From assembly GCA_964610335.1 (NCBI GenBank), contig CAZSVP010000001.1, forward strand, positions 151,057 through 215,056: a stretch of 64,000 nucleotides of DNA. Reading direction: 5' to 3'. The notes below the pieces were generated by a model. The model was given only the letters and a program-made list of their open reading frames with translations. It ran no database searches and was not told the DNA's origin. The stretch is from an uncultured Candidatus Saccharibacteria bacterium (GTDB lineage: Bacteria; Patescibacteriota; Saccharimonadia; CAILAD01; BJGX01). A program made the translations under genes and the position numbers. Position 1 is the first letter of the stretch. Each line of letters opens with the position of its first letter. Below are positions 1 to 10,416 of this stretch, piece by piece.

Positions 1-9
1 TTCCTGGAT

Positions 10-879
10 TTAGGATTTTTCATGAGCTATAGCCTCTAAGTATAAACCGTAACCACTCTTGCGTTGTGACTCCGCCATCTGAAGAATTTGAGCCTTGTCG
101 ATAAAGCCCTCTCTGTAAGCTACCTCTTCAATACAGCCAATCTTGTAGCCAGTGCGCTGCTCTATCACCTCTACATATTGGGCGGCCGCCATCATACTAT
201 CAAAGGTGCCGGTATCGAGCCAGGCCGAGCCACGGTCCATGATCTGTACAGCTAGCTTGCCGGCCTGCAAATAGTGTTCGTTGATGGTGGTAATCTCCAA
301 CTCACCACGATCACTGGGCTCAATGCTCTTGGCAATCTCTACCACTTGATTGTCGTAGAAATACAGTCCTACCACAGCGTAGTTGGACTTGGGTTTTTGG
401 GGCTTTTCTTCGATCGAAGTCGCTTGGTGTGACTTGTCGAAAGCTACTACGCCATAGCGCTCCGGATCAGATACTGGGTAGGCAAATATGGTAGCACCCG
501 GCTTATCAACACACCCTTTGAGGCTGTCACCAAAACCATGACCGTGGAAGATGTTGTCACCAAGCACTAAGGCCACCGAATCTTGCCCAATAAATTTCTC
601 ACCAATCAGGAAAGCCTGGGCCAAACCTTCTGGCTTGGGCTGTGTGGCATAACTGAGCTTGATGCCGAGCTGGCTGCCATCGCCCAGCAGGCGCTCAAAC
701 TGATCACGATCGTGCGGGGTGGTGATAATCAAAATATCAGATATACCAGCCATCATAAGTGTACTAAGTGGGTAGTACACCATGGGTTTGTCGTAGATGG
801 GCATGAGTTGCTTACTGATGCCACGAGTAATGGGATGAAGCCGAGTGCCAGAGCCACCAGCCAAAATAATACCTTTCAT
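10..879 (-). CDS. rmlA: Glucose-1-phosphate thymidylyltransferase RmlA/RfbA. The start is set at the internal [14 protein letters not shown]; the ORF track extends it to 936.
   Basis: N-terminal [18 protein letters not shown]...SKQL(M)PIYDKPM(V)YYP...LGDNIF motifs typical of RmlA nucleotidyltransferase; length ~290 aa. Confidence 0.85.
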   Translation of the reverse strand: MKGIILAGGSGTRLHPITRGISKQLMPIYDKPMVYYPLSTLMMAGISDILIITTPHDRDQFERLLGDGSQLGIKLSYATQPKPEGLAQAFLIGEKFIGQDSVALVLGDNIFHGHGFGDSLKGCVDKPGATIFAYPVSDPERYGVVAFDKSHQATSIEEKPQKPKSNYAVVGLYFYDNQVVEIAKSIEPSDRGELEITTINEHYLQAGKLAVQIMDRGSAWLDTGTFDSMMAAAQYVEVIEQRTGYKIGCIEEVAYREGFIDKAQILQMAESQRKSGYGLYLEAIAHEKS

Positions 880-981
880 ACTCGTCATTATACTATCTGT
901 TGGTAAGATAACAACTAGTGATTGCCAAAAAGTCACAAATGTTGTATACTTGGAGTAATATTAAGCAGGTGTTGGTAGCTT

Positions 982-2703
982 ATGGATAAACAAGCCATCA
1001 AAAAAGCAGCTCTAGGGGGTGCGATATTAATCGCACTTGTTTTTGCCGTACTGATAGCTTTTCGAATTGCCTACTGGAACCGCATACTACCAGGAGTAAA
1101 GGTTGGCGCTACTTACGTAGGCGGTCTTAGTACTCAAGAAGCTTCCAACCTGATAGCTCAAGATATTTCTCAGGCTCAAAAGCAAACTTACACCATCAGC
1201 TCAAGTAGCGGCGGCATGCCTGTTACTGTAACCAACAAAGATCTAATTACTAGCTACGACACTGCTGCCGCGGCTACCTACGCGCAATCAGTTGGCCGCA
1301 CGGGCACACCTTGGCATCAGATCAAAGACCAAGTCAGCGCCCTAATCGGCACTACAGCTCCCGTATATATTCCAACCAAGCTTAATCCAGAGGTTGCCGC
1401 AACTGTTGTAGCTTCAGCTGCCATGGTAAGCAATACACCAGCCGAGAATGCCCGCTTCGACGCTAGCAACAACTTCCAGCTTATTGCCGAAAAGTCTGGC
1501 AACCGAGTTGAGCCAAGTAAGTTATTGTCCGCTCTCAAACTCCGTGCGGGGCTAATGGATACTAGCTCCATAGCGGTACACACATATCAGATCCAGCCAC
1601 CACTCACCACTTCTACCCTTGCAACACATGGAGACTTCATAAAACGCGTAGCCCAAAAGCCCATCAATCTCACCGGCGATGGCAAGACTTGGCAGATCAC
1701 GAGCGATCAATTGCTCAATTGGCTAGTAATAGATAGCAACATCAAGCCTTCTATAGCTCAACCAATGCTAGGCTATTACCAATTGCCTCCTCAGATCAAC
1801 GGTCCACAATTCAATCAAAAAGCCATTCGTGACTATGTAAATGGCCTATCTGAGGTGATCAACCAAGACCCTGTCGACGCGACTCTTGGTTTCAATGGCA
1901 CAAACGTAGTAGTTACCAAGGCCAGCGCCAATGGCCGCAAGCTCGATGCCACTGCTACTGCCGATACCCTCATAGCAGCTCTTGAAGCTGGTGATGCTCA
2001 AGCGGTGCCACTTGTAATCGCTATCCAAAAGCCGGATATCCGCGAAGACAACCTTGAAAGCTTGGGCATCAAAGAACTAGTAAGCGAAGGTGTGAGCTAC
2101 TTCCCTCATAGTTCGGCCGAGCGTATGCAAAATGTCCGAGTAGGCGCCAGTAAGTTTCAAAATGCGATTGTTAAGCCCAACAGTGTATTTGGCTTTGGTG
2201 ACATCATGGGCTACGTCGGGCCAGAGACTGGCTACGCGTCGAGTAAGGTGATATTGGGCGACCACCAAGAGTTTCAGTACGGTGGTGGAATGTGCCAAGT
2301 AAGCTCCACAGCGTTTCGTGCAGCCCTCAATGGTGGCTACCCTATACTCGAACGTACCAATCATGCCTTCCAGGTAAGCTATTACACTCAACCATACGGT
2401 GTGCCTGGTGTCGATGCCACGGTCTATGCCCCAGAAGTAGACTTTAAGTTTAAAAATGACACCCCATACTACATACTCATCCAAACCGAGATGGTGGGTA
2501 CTACACTGAAGTTTCGCTACTTCAGTACCAAGACCAAGACTGGCACTATCCGTGGGCCATACTTCGTAACTGGTAGCTTAGATCCCAATACACCATCTCA
2601 AACTGTGTTTTATCGTGATGTGATAGTAAATGGCCAGGTTGCCAAGACCGATACATTCAACACATATTACAAGTCAGCGCTCGACTTCCCTACCAGTAAC
2701 TAA
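982..2703 (+). CDS. VanW-family (YoaR-like) membrane-anchored protein
   Basis: N-terminal TM helix; C-terminal region with GGGMCQVSSTAFRAALNGG motif characteristic of the VanW domain. Confidence 0.65.
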   Translation: MDKQAIKKAALGGAILIALVFAVLIAFRIAYWNRILPGVKVGATYVGGLSTQEASNLIAQDISQAQKQTYTISSSSGGMPVTVTNKDLITSYDTAAAATYAQSVGRTGTPWHQIKDQVSALIGTTAPVYIPTKLNPEVAATVVASAAMVSNTPAENARFDASNNFQLIAEKSGNRVEPSKLLSALKLRAGLMDTSSIAVHTYQIQPPLTTSTLATHGDFIKRVAQKPINLTGDGKTWQITSDQLLNWLVIDSNIKPSIAQPMLGYYQLPPQINGPQFNQKAIRDYVNGLSEVINQDPVDATLGFNGTNVVVTKASANGRKLDATATADTLIAALEAGDAQAVPLVIAIQKPDIREDNLESLGIKELVSEGVSYFPHSSAERMQNVRVGASKFQNAIVKPNSVFGFGDIMGYVGPETGYASSKVILGDHQEFQYGGGMCQVSSTAFRAALNGGYPILERTNHAFQVSYYTQPYGVPGVDATVYAPEVDFKFKNDTPYYILIQTEMVGTTLKFRYFSTKTKTGTIRGPYFVTGSLDPNTPSQTVFYRDVIVNGQVAKTDTFNTYYKSALDFPTSN

Positions 2704-2859
2704 GCTTTGGCTCAATAACTTCGTCATAGTTATCATTCGCCATGTGGGAATTCATTCTGGTCGGATGATATTCGGCCGTCAGAAGAATTTTGATCCTCCA
2801 AGACTCAGTGTAACGATCCAGATAGTCCACTTCGGCCTTCAAACTTCAGCCTTTATTGA

Positions 2860-4224
2860 TTATTTGCCAATGCAAAAGTTGCGGAAGATCTCAGCGATAA
2901 TAGCTTCACTAGCTGAACTGCCATCGAGCTCAGCTATAGCCTCGACACAATCCTGAAGTGTCACTAATAGTACATCTCTAGGATCGTTATGTTTCAATCC
3001 CGACTCCACCTCACTCAATAGCTTGGCTAACTTCTTGAGTACCAAAAACTGTCGCTCGGTAATAACACTTATATCAAGCTGTGACGGCTGATCAACTACC
3101 AAAGCATAGATTGCCTGTAGTAAATCATTTATACCGGATTTGGCCTTGGCAGATACCTCAATACTCTGGTAGTCGTTTAGCTGGTTTTTGACTAACTTAG
3201 GCTTAGCTATATCTGCCTTACTATAGACCACAAGGGTATTTGCTGGCTGAATAGAGTCGATCAGCGATTGTGACTGCAAGTACTCGATAGTCTGGTCTTG
3301 TTTGGTGGGCTCAATCAGCACTAATACCACATCACTAGTTTGTAAGGCTTGCTTGGTACGCTCCACACCGATTAATTCAACCTTATCTGTGGTAGATCGT
3401 AGCCCGGCAGTGTCGGTAAAGTGTAGTTGGATACCTTTGTAGCCGATGGCTTCCGTGATGGTGTCACGCGTGGTACCAGATATCTCAGTCACTATGCTGC
3501 GCTCGTAACCCAATATGGCGTTAAGAAGAGTGCTCTTGCCAGCATTGGGCAAGCCAACAATGGAAACTGCTATGCCGTGTTGAACTATCGGCAAGTACTT
3601 CTGCTGTTGTAATAAGTTGGCTACCGCTAGGCTCACTTGTTGTATCTTGTCTAAGTATTGTTGATCCGACATATCCGCAATGTCTTCTTCGGAAAAGTCC
3701 AAGCTAGCTGTCTCTGCCGCTGCCAAGCTAACTAACTGCTGCTTGATACTACTTATTTCTTTGGATAATCCACCCGCTAATTGGCGCGAGGCGACGCGAG
3801 CCTGTTGCTCACTCTCGGCGTGAATTAGCTCACCGACGGCCTCAGCCTGAGTAAGATCAAGCTTGCCAGCCAAGAAGGCGCGTTTGGTAAACTCACCTGC
3901 TTCGGCACGACGAGCCCCTGAGCTAACACAAAGTTCTATAACGGTTTGCAATATCACTGGCGCACCATGACAGTGGATCTCAGCCATATCTTCACCGGTA
4001 TAAGAGTTGGGAGACTCGAACTGCAGGAGTAATACCTGGTCAACCGGGTTTTTGCCGTCGTAAATCCAACCGAGCTGTACCTGATTGGGTTTGGTGCTGC
4101 CATTGCCCTTGAATAACTTGGCCACTATTTCTGTAGTTTTTGGACCACTCAGGCGCACAATCCCAATCGCCCCCACACCTATAGGTGTAGAGATGGCCAC
4201 GATTGTGTCATTTGTGTTATCCAT
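2860..4224 (-). CDS. mnmE: tRNA modification GTPase MnmE
   Basis: G-domain motifs (GLPNAGKSTLLN, DTAG), C-terminal ...FCIGK; conserved position next to jag-yidC. Confidence 0.9.
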   Translation of the reverse strand: MDNTNDTIVAISTPIGVGAIGIVRLSGPKTTEIVAKLFKGNGSTKPNQVQLGWIYDGKNPVDQVLLLQFESPNSYTGEDMAEIHCHGAPVILQTVIELCVSSGARRAEAGEFTKRAFLAGKLDLTQAEAVGELIHAESEQQARVASRQLAGGLSKEISSIKQQLVSLAAAETASLDFSEEDIADMSDQQYLDKIQQVSLAVANLLQQQKYLPIVQHGIAVSIVGLPNAGKSTLLNAILGYERSIVTEISGTTRDTITEAIGYKGIQLHFTDTAGLRSTTDKVELIGVERTKQALQTSDVVLVLIEPTKQDQTIEYLQSQSLIDSIQPANTLVVYSKADIAKPKLVKNQLNDYQSIEVSAKAKSGINDLLQAIYALVVDQPSQLDISVITERQFLVLKKLAKLLSEVESGLKHNDPRDVLLVTLQDCVEAIAELDGSSASEAIIAEIFRNFCIGK

Positions 4225-4241
4225 ATGGTTGTAAGAGATAA

Positions 4242-4697
4242 TTAGTAGGCGCGTTTTTTGACGATGATACGGCGGTGTGGATCTTCGCCTTCGCTCTCAG
4301 TGATTATGTCACTATATGTCGATAAGAAACTATGAACTTGACGACGATCAAATGCCGACATTGGATTGAGCCGCACTGGTCGAGCCGTTTCTTCAGCCCG
4401 TTTGGCAGCATCGCGTGCTATTTGCTGGAGCTTGTGAATGCGCTCTTGTTTGTAGCCAGCGATGTCAATAGTAACAAACTCAGCCAACGGGTCTTGTTTA
4501 CGAATCAAACTGTTGAGCAATACCTGTAAGGCTCTTAGATTCTCACCCTTCTTACCAATCAGTAGCGCTTGATCATCGGTTTTGACATTGAGGGCTGGCT
4601 GACCATCCATCTCAATAATCGACACAGCAGCTTCGAAACCCATGTTGCGAAGTAACTCTTGTAACCAAGCCTGGGCATCTGCTACTGTGGAGCTCAT
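4242..4697 (-). CDS. jag: Jag/KhpB-like RNA-binding protein (KH/R3H)
   Basis: Size, position between yidC and mnmE, R3H-like C-terminus (HRRIIV). Confidence 0.65.
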   Translation of the reverse strand: MSSTVADAQAWLQELLRNMGFEAAVSIIEMDGQPALNVKTDDQALLIGKKGENLRALQVLLNSLIRKQDPLAEFVTIDIAGYKQERIHKLQQIARDAAKRAEETARPVRLNPMSAFDRRQVHSFLSTYSDIITESEGEDPHRRIIVKKRAY

Positions 4698-5512
4698 TTT
4701 TTCTTACCCTTCTTAGTTTTCTGTTTAGATTTGCCAGTCAATTGCTTGGTACTGTCATTGCGCTTTACTACCACGGCTTCTTCCATGGTCTCAACATCAT
4801 GACGCATGATCAACCATTGTTGGAAGATACTGACGGCATTGGTAGTGGCCCAGTAAAGTGGGAGCGCAGCGGCAAGATTCCAAGCAAACACCACGGTCAC
4901 CACAGGGAACATGTAGTTCATAATGCGTTGGCTTTGAGCTTGTGAGTCACCAGGTTCGGGCTTGACCTTGGGTGTGATCATGCGGACTTGGATGTACTGG
5001 GTAATACCCGCAATCACAGCCAATACATGGTTGGGTTGAGCCATGGAGACTAATCCAAACAAGCTAGGGTCAAACATACTTGGATTAGCTATAAGCTGCT
5101 GCATATAAGGTAGGTTCTTGATTGGGCCGTACAGAAGTGGTACTAGTTGATCAAAATGGGTGGTCTTCTGAAAAACATAAAACATTGCAAACAGAATAGG
5201 TAGCTGAAGTAGTAGTGGTAAACAAGCACCAAATGGATTGATCTCTTTCTCTTTGTAGAGTTCCATCATAAGTGTATTTTCTTTTTGCTTGTCACCAGCC
5301 GCCTCTTTCTTGACGCGGGCAATTTCTGGTTGGAGTGATTGTAGTTTGCGCTGACTATGTAGCTGTTTGGAGGCAAGTGGCCAGAGGATAGCACGAATTA
5401 GTATGGTGAGAAGTATCACACTTACGCCAAAGTCATGACCAGGCAAGATAGCATATATGCCCATCAAAACATTTACTATTGGTTGGATTAAAACTACTTG
5501 GAATATATTCAT
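4694..5512 (-). CDS. yidC: Membrane protein insertase YidC (short Gram-positive type)
   Basis: Polytopic membrane protein, K-rich C-terminal tail, synteny rnpA-yidD-yidC. Confidence 0.85.
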   Translation of the reverse strand: MNIFQVVLIQPIVNVLMGIYAILPGHDFGVSVILLTILIRAILWPLASKQLHSQRKLQSLQPEIARVKKEAAGDKQKENTLMMELYKEKEINPFGACLPLLLQLPILFAMFYVFQKTTHFDQLVPLLYGPIKNLPYMQQLIANPSMFDPSLFGLVSMAQPNHVLAVIAGITQYIQVRMITPKVKPEPGDSQAQSQRIMNYMFPVVTVVFAWNLAAALPLYWATTNAVSIFQQWLIMRHDVETMEEAVVVKRNDSTKQLTGKSKQKTKKGKKK

Positions 5513-5754
5513 TTGGCTACCTCTCTTGGTAAATCAATTGCTGGCTTGGCCCAGGGGTTACAACGGATAATACGCGCAACTGCTAGCCCACTACCACGTA
5601 TCACGCCTTGGTTGAGTATACTTTGGCGGGCGTACTCACTACAACTAGGATAGTAGCGACAGTACCCATATGGGTGACGGTGACGCAATGGCCCATGGTC
5701 AGGCGAAAGGGTCTTTTGGTAACCAATAATCAGCTTGTTAGCAATCTCTCTCAT
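5509..5754 (-). CDS. yidD: Membrane protein insertion efficiency factor YidD
   Basis: CRYYPSCSEYA motif; 81 aa; overlaps yidC start. Confidence 0.8.
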   Translation of the reverse strand: MREIANKLIIGYQKTLSPDHGPLRHRHPYGYCRYYPSCSEYARQSILNQGVIRGSGLAVARIIRCNPWAKPAIDLPREVAK

Positions 5755-5759
5755 AACAC

Positions 5760-6101
5760 TTATTGTACAATACCAGCCTTACTAAATACTGTTATTAGCT
5801 CATCGTGTAAAGCTGTTGGTGATAACTTCACTATATCTTGTTTAACAAGTACTACACAATCATAACCAGGTTTGAGCTGAGGATAAAACAATCTCACCTG
5901 TTCAACAATACGTCGTTTGGTACGATTGCGATCGACAGCACGCTTTAAGACTTTCTTACTAATAACTACACCAACTCGGGTATGATCGAATCGGTTTTGG
6001 CCAGTTCTAAACACCATATGAGCACTACGATTAAACTGACCACGACGATATAGTCGGTCAAAATCCTGGCTTTTGCGTAATCGCTGCGATGCACGCAGCA
6101 A
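5760..6101 (-). CDS. rnpA: RNase P protein component RnpA (TTG start inferred)
   Basis: 113 aa basic protein directly downstream of rpmH; conserved synteny. Confidence 0.8.
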   Translation of the reverse strand: MLRASQRLRKSQDFDRLYRRGQFNRSAHMVFRTGQNRFDHTRVGVVISKKVLKRAVDRNRTKRRIVEQVRLFYPQLKPGYDCVVLVKQDIVKLSPTALHDELITVFSKAGIVQ

Positions 6102-6102
6102 G

Positions 6103-6237
6103 TTAGACCGCCAGTCTTTTACGGGCCTTGAGGCGGCGACGTTTGATCACGGCTTGACCAGCACGACTACTCATGCGAGCCATAAAACCAAGCTTACGCT
6201 TGCGACGTAGGTTGTGGGGTTGATATGTACGTTTCAT
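6103..6237 (-). CDS. rpmH: 50S ribosomal protein L34
   Basis: My own translation of the minus strand gives [44 protein letters not shown], a textbook L34. It is not in the supplied ORF track because it is under 60 aa. Confidence 0.85.
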   Translation of the reverse strand: MKRTYQPHNLRRKRKLGFMARMSSRAGQAVIKRRRLKARKRLAV

Positions 6238-6280
6238 AGATTTGCTATAGTATACCTGTTTTCAGATCATTTTTCAACAC

Positions 6281-6386
6281 TTTTCCACACTATTACAAAA
6301 CCTCTCAATACTATTGTGGATAACTATAGTGATGTCGTAGTATATTAGTATAGTAAGGTGTGAATAAGAGGGGGTATTGTGGATAA
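6281..6386. promoter_or_regulatory. DnaA-box cluster upstream of and overlapping the dnaA start (TTTTCCACA ~6281, TGTGGATAA ~6315 and ~6378)
   Basis: Two perfect matches and one near match to the TTATCCACA consensus in the rpmH-dnaA spacer. Confidence 0.6.
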
Positions 6387-7740
6387 CAACTACAAAACAA
6401 TCTGGAATGCAGTGTTAGCTGAGTTTGAATTGACGCTATCAAAGGCTAATTATCAGACTTGGTTTCGTGATACCCAGCTGGTGAGTATTGATGGTAGTAC
6501 TGCCAAAGTCTATGTGCCCAATATCTTCACTCGTGACTGGATAGCCAAAAAATACCTGGGTGAGCTAATTGATTCACTCAGTAAGCACACCGACAAACCC
6601 ATCTCCAAGGTAGAACTTACTACTAGCTCACCTACTAGTTCAAAAACGTCAAAAGCTCCAGATAAGACACCTAAACCGGTTGAGCAAGTGGTATCTCAGC
6701 CATTCATTAGTAAGTCTGAGGCTCCCCAGTCTTACCCTGAACGCTACAACTTTCATAACTTCATAGTGGGGCCATCCAATCGTCTGGCCTTTTCTGCAGC
6801 TCAACTGGTGGTAGAAAAGCCTGGCGAGGTATACAATCCACTATTTCTATATGGTCCGGCAGGGGTCGGCAAAACTCATCTGATGTCGGCTATTGCTAGT
6901 GAGATAGCTGCCAAATCACCTAACAGCCGGATACTTTATGTTACAACTGAAGAGTTTATCAACAGTTTCGTGGGAGCAATTCGTAAGGGCGAGAAGTTTA
7001 CCAACAAATTCCGAGAAGTTGATGTGCTGTTGGTAGATGATCTGCAATTTATAGCCACAGCCGAGAAAACCAAGGAGGAATTCTTCCATACCTTCAACGC
7101 CCTTTACCAGAAGAATAAGCAAATTGTACTGTGTAGTGATCGCCCACCCAAAGAGATTCCCACCCTCGAAGATCGTTTGCGTAGTCGCTTTGAGTGGGGT
7201 ATGGTAGCCGATATCCAACCACCCGATCTGGAGACCAGACTCGCCATCATCTTAAACAAAGCCGCCGACCAGCAGGTAACACTTAGTAATGAAGTGGCTG
7301 AGTATATTGCAACAGTGGTCGATCAAAACATTCGTGAACTTGAAGGTGCGCTAATCAAGGTGATCGCTTATTCACGTGCCCATGATGAGCCAATAAGTAT
7401 CGAGATAGCTCAAAAAGTTCTCGACGGTGTAGCCGCCCAGAAGTCGCGCAACACTACCCCTAAGAAGGTGTTGGAGGTTTGTTCTCAATACTATGAGGTA
7501 GGACTCAAAGACATCTTAGGCACCAAGCGCGATCGCGAGATAGTGGTGCCGCGACAGGTAGCTATGTACGTGATGCGCCAAGAGCTGAACATAAGTTTTC
7601 CAAAAATTGCCCAATCACTAGGTGGTCGAGACCATACCACCATCATGCACGGTGTTAAGAAGATTCAGAAGCTCAAGAATGACGACCAACAGATCGCTCA
7701 AGATATATCACAAATCAAACAGACCTTGGGGGTAATGTAG
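6379..7740 (+). CDS. dnaA: Chromosomal replication initiator DnaA
   Basis: AAA+ Walker A GPAGVGKTHL, Walker B LLVDDLQF, C-terminal DNA-binding domain (ISFPKIAQSLGGRDHTTIMHGVKKI). Confidence 0.95.
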   Translation: MDNNYKTIWNAVLAEFELTLSKANYQTWFRDTQLVSIDGSTAKVYVPNIFTRDWIAKKYLGELIDSLSKHTDKPISKVELTTSSPTSSKTSKAPDKTPKPVEQVVSQPFISKSEAPQSYPERYNFHNFIVGPSNRLAFSAAQLVVEKPGEVYNPLFLYGPAGVGKTHLMSAIASEIAAKSPNSRILYVTTEEFINSFVGAIRKGEKFTNKFREVDVLLVDDLQFIATAEKTKEEFFHTFNALYQKNKQIVLCSDRPPKEIPTLEDRLRSRFEWGMVADIQPPDLETRLAIILNKAADQQVTLSNEVAEYIATVVDQNIRELEGALIKVIAYSRAHDEPISIEIAQKVLDGVAAQKSRNTTPKKVLEVCSQYYEVGLKDILGTKRDREIVVPRQVAMYVMRQELNISFPKIAQSLGGRDHTTIMHGVKKIQKLKNDDQQIAQDISQIKQTLGVM

Positions 7741-8006
7741 TTGTGGATAACCCTGTGCAAAAGTTGTGTATAGAGTGTGTAAAATGGTTGGGTTATACAC
7801 ATTTGATCCCTTACTTGACAACGCTTGTGGTATTGGTAACTGGGATAAGTATGGTTTATCCCAGACTTGTCACAAAACTATACAAATTACTTAAACACCG
7901 ACAAAAAACAAACATATATCAGGCTCAAAGTGCTTATACACATTATCCACAAGCACTACTACTATCACTACTATTTAATATAAAATAAGAATTAAGAAGG
8001 AGAATA
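7741..8006. promoter_or_regulatory. Candidate oriC in the dnaA-dnaN spacer, with DnaA boxes at ~7742, ~7793, ~7935 and ~7943 plus an AT-rich unwinding-type tract at 7955-8000
   Basis: TGTGGATAA, TTATACACA x2 and TTATCCACA are seen directly. They are followed by actactactatcactactatttaatataaaataagaattaag. Confidence 0.55.
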
Positions 8007-9104
8007 ATGAAAACATCCGTAACTCGTGAAAATCTAATAAAGGCCATAACTCAAGTAGGACATATTATTCATCCTCGTAATCCTTTGGAAATCTTGGCAA
8101 CCATAAAAGTAACAGCTGAGAAGAATACTCTGGTTCTACAAGCCAATAACCTGGAGGTAGCACTGCAGTGTACTATTCCAGCCAGTGTTACTACCCAAGG
8201 TGCGATCTGTGTCCCTACTCGCCTCTTTCAAGATCTCATCACAAACATTCAAGACGAAAAAGTTGAGCTTCAGACGCAAGACAATACATTGGTAGTGAAA
8301 ACCGCCAATACCAATTCTGAAATAGCTGGATTTGCCACCAGTGAGTTCCCTGCCATCCCCGAGGTAGCCAACACAGAGTCACTGAGTCTACCGGTAGTGG
8401 AGTTTCGACAAGGTATAGCTCGAGCAATAGTAGCTGTCGGTATTGACGATGCTCGACCAGTACTAAGCGGCATATATTTTGCCACCAATGACAAAACCCT
8501 AACCTTGGCTGCCACAGATAGCTACCGACTTTGCGAACAACAGATATCTATAAAGCCCCAGGCTGACGTGGCCGTAATCGTGCCAGCAGCAACACTTCAG
8601 GAAGTACTGCGACTACTGCAGAGTGTCGACTCAGATACAATCACTATCAATGTCAGTGAGGCTGCCTTGCAGATAGAGATTGATTCTACACTGTTAGTGG
8701 CTCAGCTTATCAATGGCAAATACCCCGACTATACCAAGATTATTCCAGAGCAAAATACTACTGAGCTGCGCCTCAATCGCGAAGAGCTATTGCGCGCAGT
8801 CCGCACCACAGCCCTTTTTAGCCGTGAAGGGTCACTTAGTATCACACTAACGCTTGCAGGCGACAAATTGTCACTCAAGGCCCAGACGACGTCAGTAGGT
8901 ACCGGTGAAAGCACCATAGCCATTCCGAAAGTTGCCTCCCCTACTACTATTGTTGTAAACGCCAAATATCTTAGCGATGCGCTTAACTGTTTGGATAGTG
9001 AGATGGTGTCGCTCGGCTTCAATACCGAGCTCGAACCACTCATAATCAGACCAATCGACAAAGCCGACCACTTTGTCCACATTATCATGCCGCTACGTGG
9101 CTAG
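8007..9104 (+). CDS. dnaN: DNA polymerase III beta sliding clamp
   Basis: 365 aa, three-domain clamp architecture, position after dnaA, RBS AAGGAG upstream. Confidence 0.9.
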   Translation: MKTSVTRENLIKAITQVGHIIHPRNPLEILATIKVTAEKNTLVLQANNLEVALQCTIPASVTTQGAICVPTRLFQDLITNIQDEKVELQTQDNTLVVKTANTNSEIAGFATSEFPAIPEVANTESLSLPVVEFRQGIARAIVAVGIDDARPVLSGIYFATNDKTLTLAATDSYRLCEQQISIKPQADVAVIVPAATLQEVLRLLQSVDSDTITINVSEAALQIEIDSTLLVAQLINGKYPDYTKIIPEQNTTELRLNREELLRAVRTTALFSREGSLSITLTLAGDKLSLKAQTTSVGTGESTIAIPKVASPTTIVVNAKYLSDALNCLDSEMVSLGFNTELEPLIIRPIDKADHFVHIIMPLRG

Positions 9105-9109
9105 GTGTT

Positions 9110-10147
9110 ATGCTTCAAACTATCAACTTAGAGAACTTTCGTAATCATCATCTCAAGAGTTTTGATTTTGAATCAACTGCAACAGTTATAGTGGGTCCAA
9201 ATGGGGTCGGTAAAACCAACTTGCTTGAAGCTGTGTATATAAGCTCACTTACTCGTTCCTACCGCGGCAATGACAGCTTACTACTGCGGCATAAACACCA
9301 CTACTATAGGGTTGAATCAAGCTACAGCGATGGTACAGCAAGCTTGGGCTATAGTGAGATGGAGCCAAATCGCACCAAGAAAGCTACTTGGAATGATAAA
9401 CAGGTACCACTAAGCAAGCTAATTGGTATGCACCCAGTGGTGCTGTTTGAGCCCAACCAAACACAGTTGTTCTCTGAAGTTCCATCTGTACGCCGACGTT
9501 ACTTAGACACTGTACTGTCACAAGTTGATCCAACCTACTTGGCTCAAGCTCGTGCTTATCGCAAACTGATAGTGCAGCGCAACAAATTATTGGAAGAATA
9601 CCCTACTAGTAGTAACCAGCAAGACCAAATTATGGTTTATACAATTCAGTTGATTGATCCTATCTGCTATATAGTCAAGAAACGACAACATTTCTTACAC
9701 TCGATCATCAAAGACATCAATTGGCTATACCAACAAATCACATCTACTTCTGCGAAGTTAAGTACAAACTACCAGGCAACAGTCGATATTGACCAAGATA
9801 TACCAGCACAGTTTGGCGAGATAATAGCTCGTGAACAACGTGCCAAACGTACCCTAATCGGTCCGCATCGTGATGACTTTGGGGTAGAGATAGATGGCTT
9901 GCCTGTACAAGATGTATCGTCACGTGGCGAGCTCCGTGCAATGTTGTTGGCTCTCAAGTATGCTGAATATCGCTACATCAAGGCTGCTACCAAACATAAG
10001 CCAATCTTGTTGTTTGACGATGTTTTGAGTGAATTTGATCCAGCGCGTCAAAAACGATTCTTACAAACCAACTTTGATGGCCAACTGATTATTACTACAA
10101 CTGAGCTTCCTACTCACCTTTCAAACCTGGGAGTTATTGAGTTATGA
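9110..10147 (+). CDS. recF: DNA replication/repair protein RecF
   Basis: Walker A GPNGVGKTNLLEA, signature/Walker B ...ILLFDDVLSEFD. Confidence 0.9.
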   Translation: MLQTINLENFRNHHLKSFDFESTATVIVGPNGVGKTNLLEAVYISSLTRSYRGNDSLLLRHKHHYYRVESSYSDGTASLGYSEMEPNRTKKATWNDKQVPLSKLIGMHPVVLFEPNQTQLFSEVPSVRRRYLDTVLSQVDPTYLAQARAYRKLIVQRNKLLEEYPTSSNQQDQIMVYTIQLIDPICYIVKKRQHFLHSIIKDINWLYQQITSTSAKLSTNYQATVDIDQDIPAQFGEIIAREQRAKRTLIGPHRDDFGVEIDGLPVQDVSSRGELRAMLLALKYAEYRYIKAATKHKPILLFDDVLSEFDPARQKRFLQTNFDGQLIITTTELPTHLSNLGVIEL

Positions 10148-10416
10148 ACAACCTAGGCGACTTGATTGACAAAAAACAGTCTGCATCCAAATCTGCTCAG
10201 CTGCAGCTCCAGCAAATACGACAGTTGATAGTAAGCCTTACCAATATCGAGCCAGTTAGTATCGGTGTCAAAGACAATCAACTAAATATCAAGGTAGTTG
10301 ATAGTATGCAAGCCAATGAACTTAGGCTGCATCAAACAGAACTACTTGAAGTTGTTCAGCAATCCAATCCGACTATAAATACTATTAGAACAATAGTGTC
10401 CACCAAGTCTAGCTAG
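10144..10416 (+). CDS. Small DUF721-like (RemB/DciA-like) protein downstream of recF
   Basis: 90 aa; overlaps the recF stop; a small gene of this kind is conserved after recF in Gram-positives. Sequence similarity was not verified. Confidence 0.35.
   Translation: MNNLGDLIDKKQSASKSAQLQLQQIRQLIVSLTNIEPVSIGVKDNQLNIKVVDSMQANELRLHQTELLEVVQQSNPTINTIRTIVSTKSS

Noticed and set aside
7743-7988. 81-aa ORF in the dnaA-dnaN spacer
   Set aside because: It lies across the DnaA-box cluster and AT-rich unwinding region of the candidate oriC. No RBS. Hydrophobic low-complexity translation. Judged spurious.
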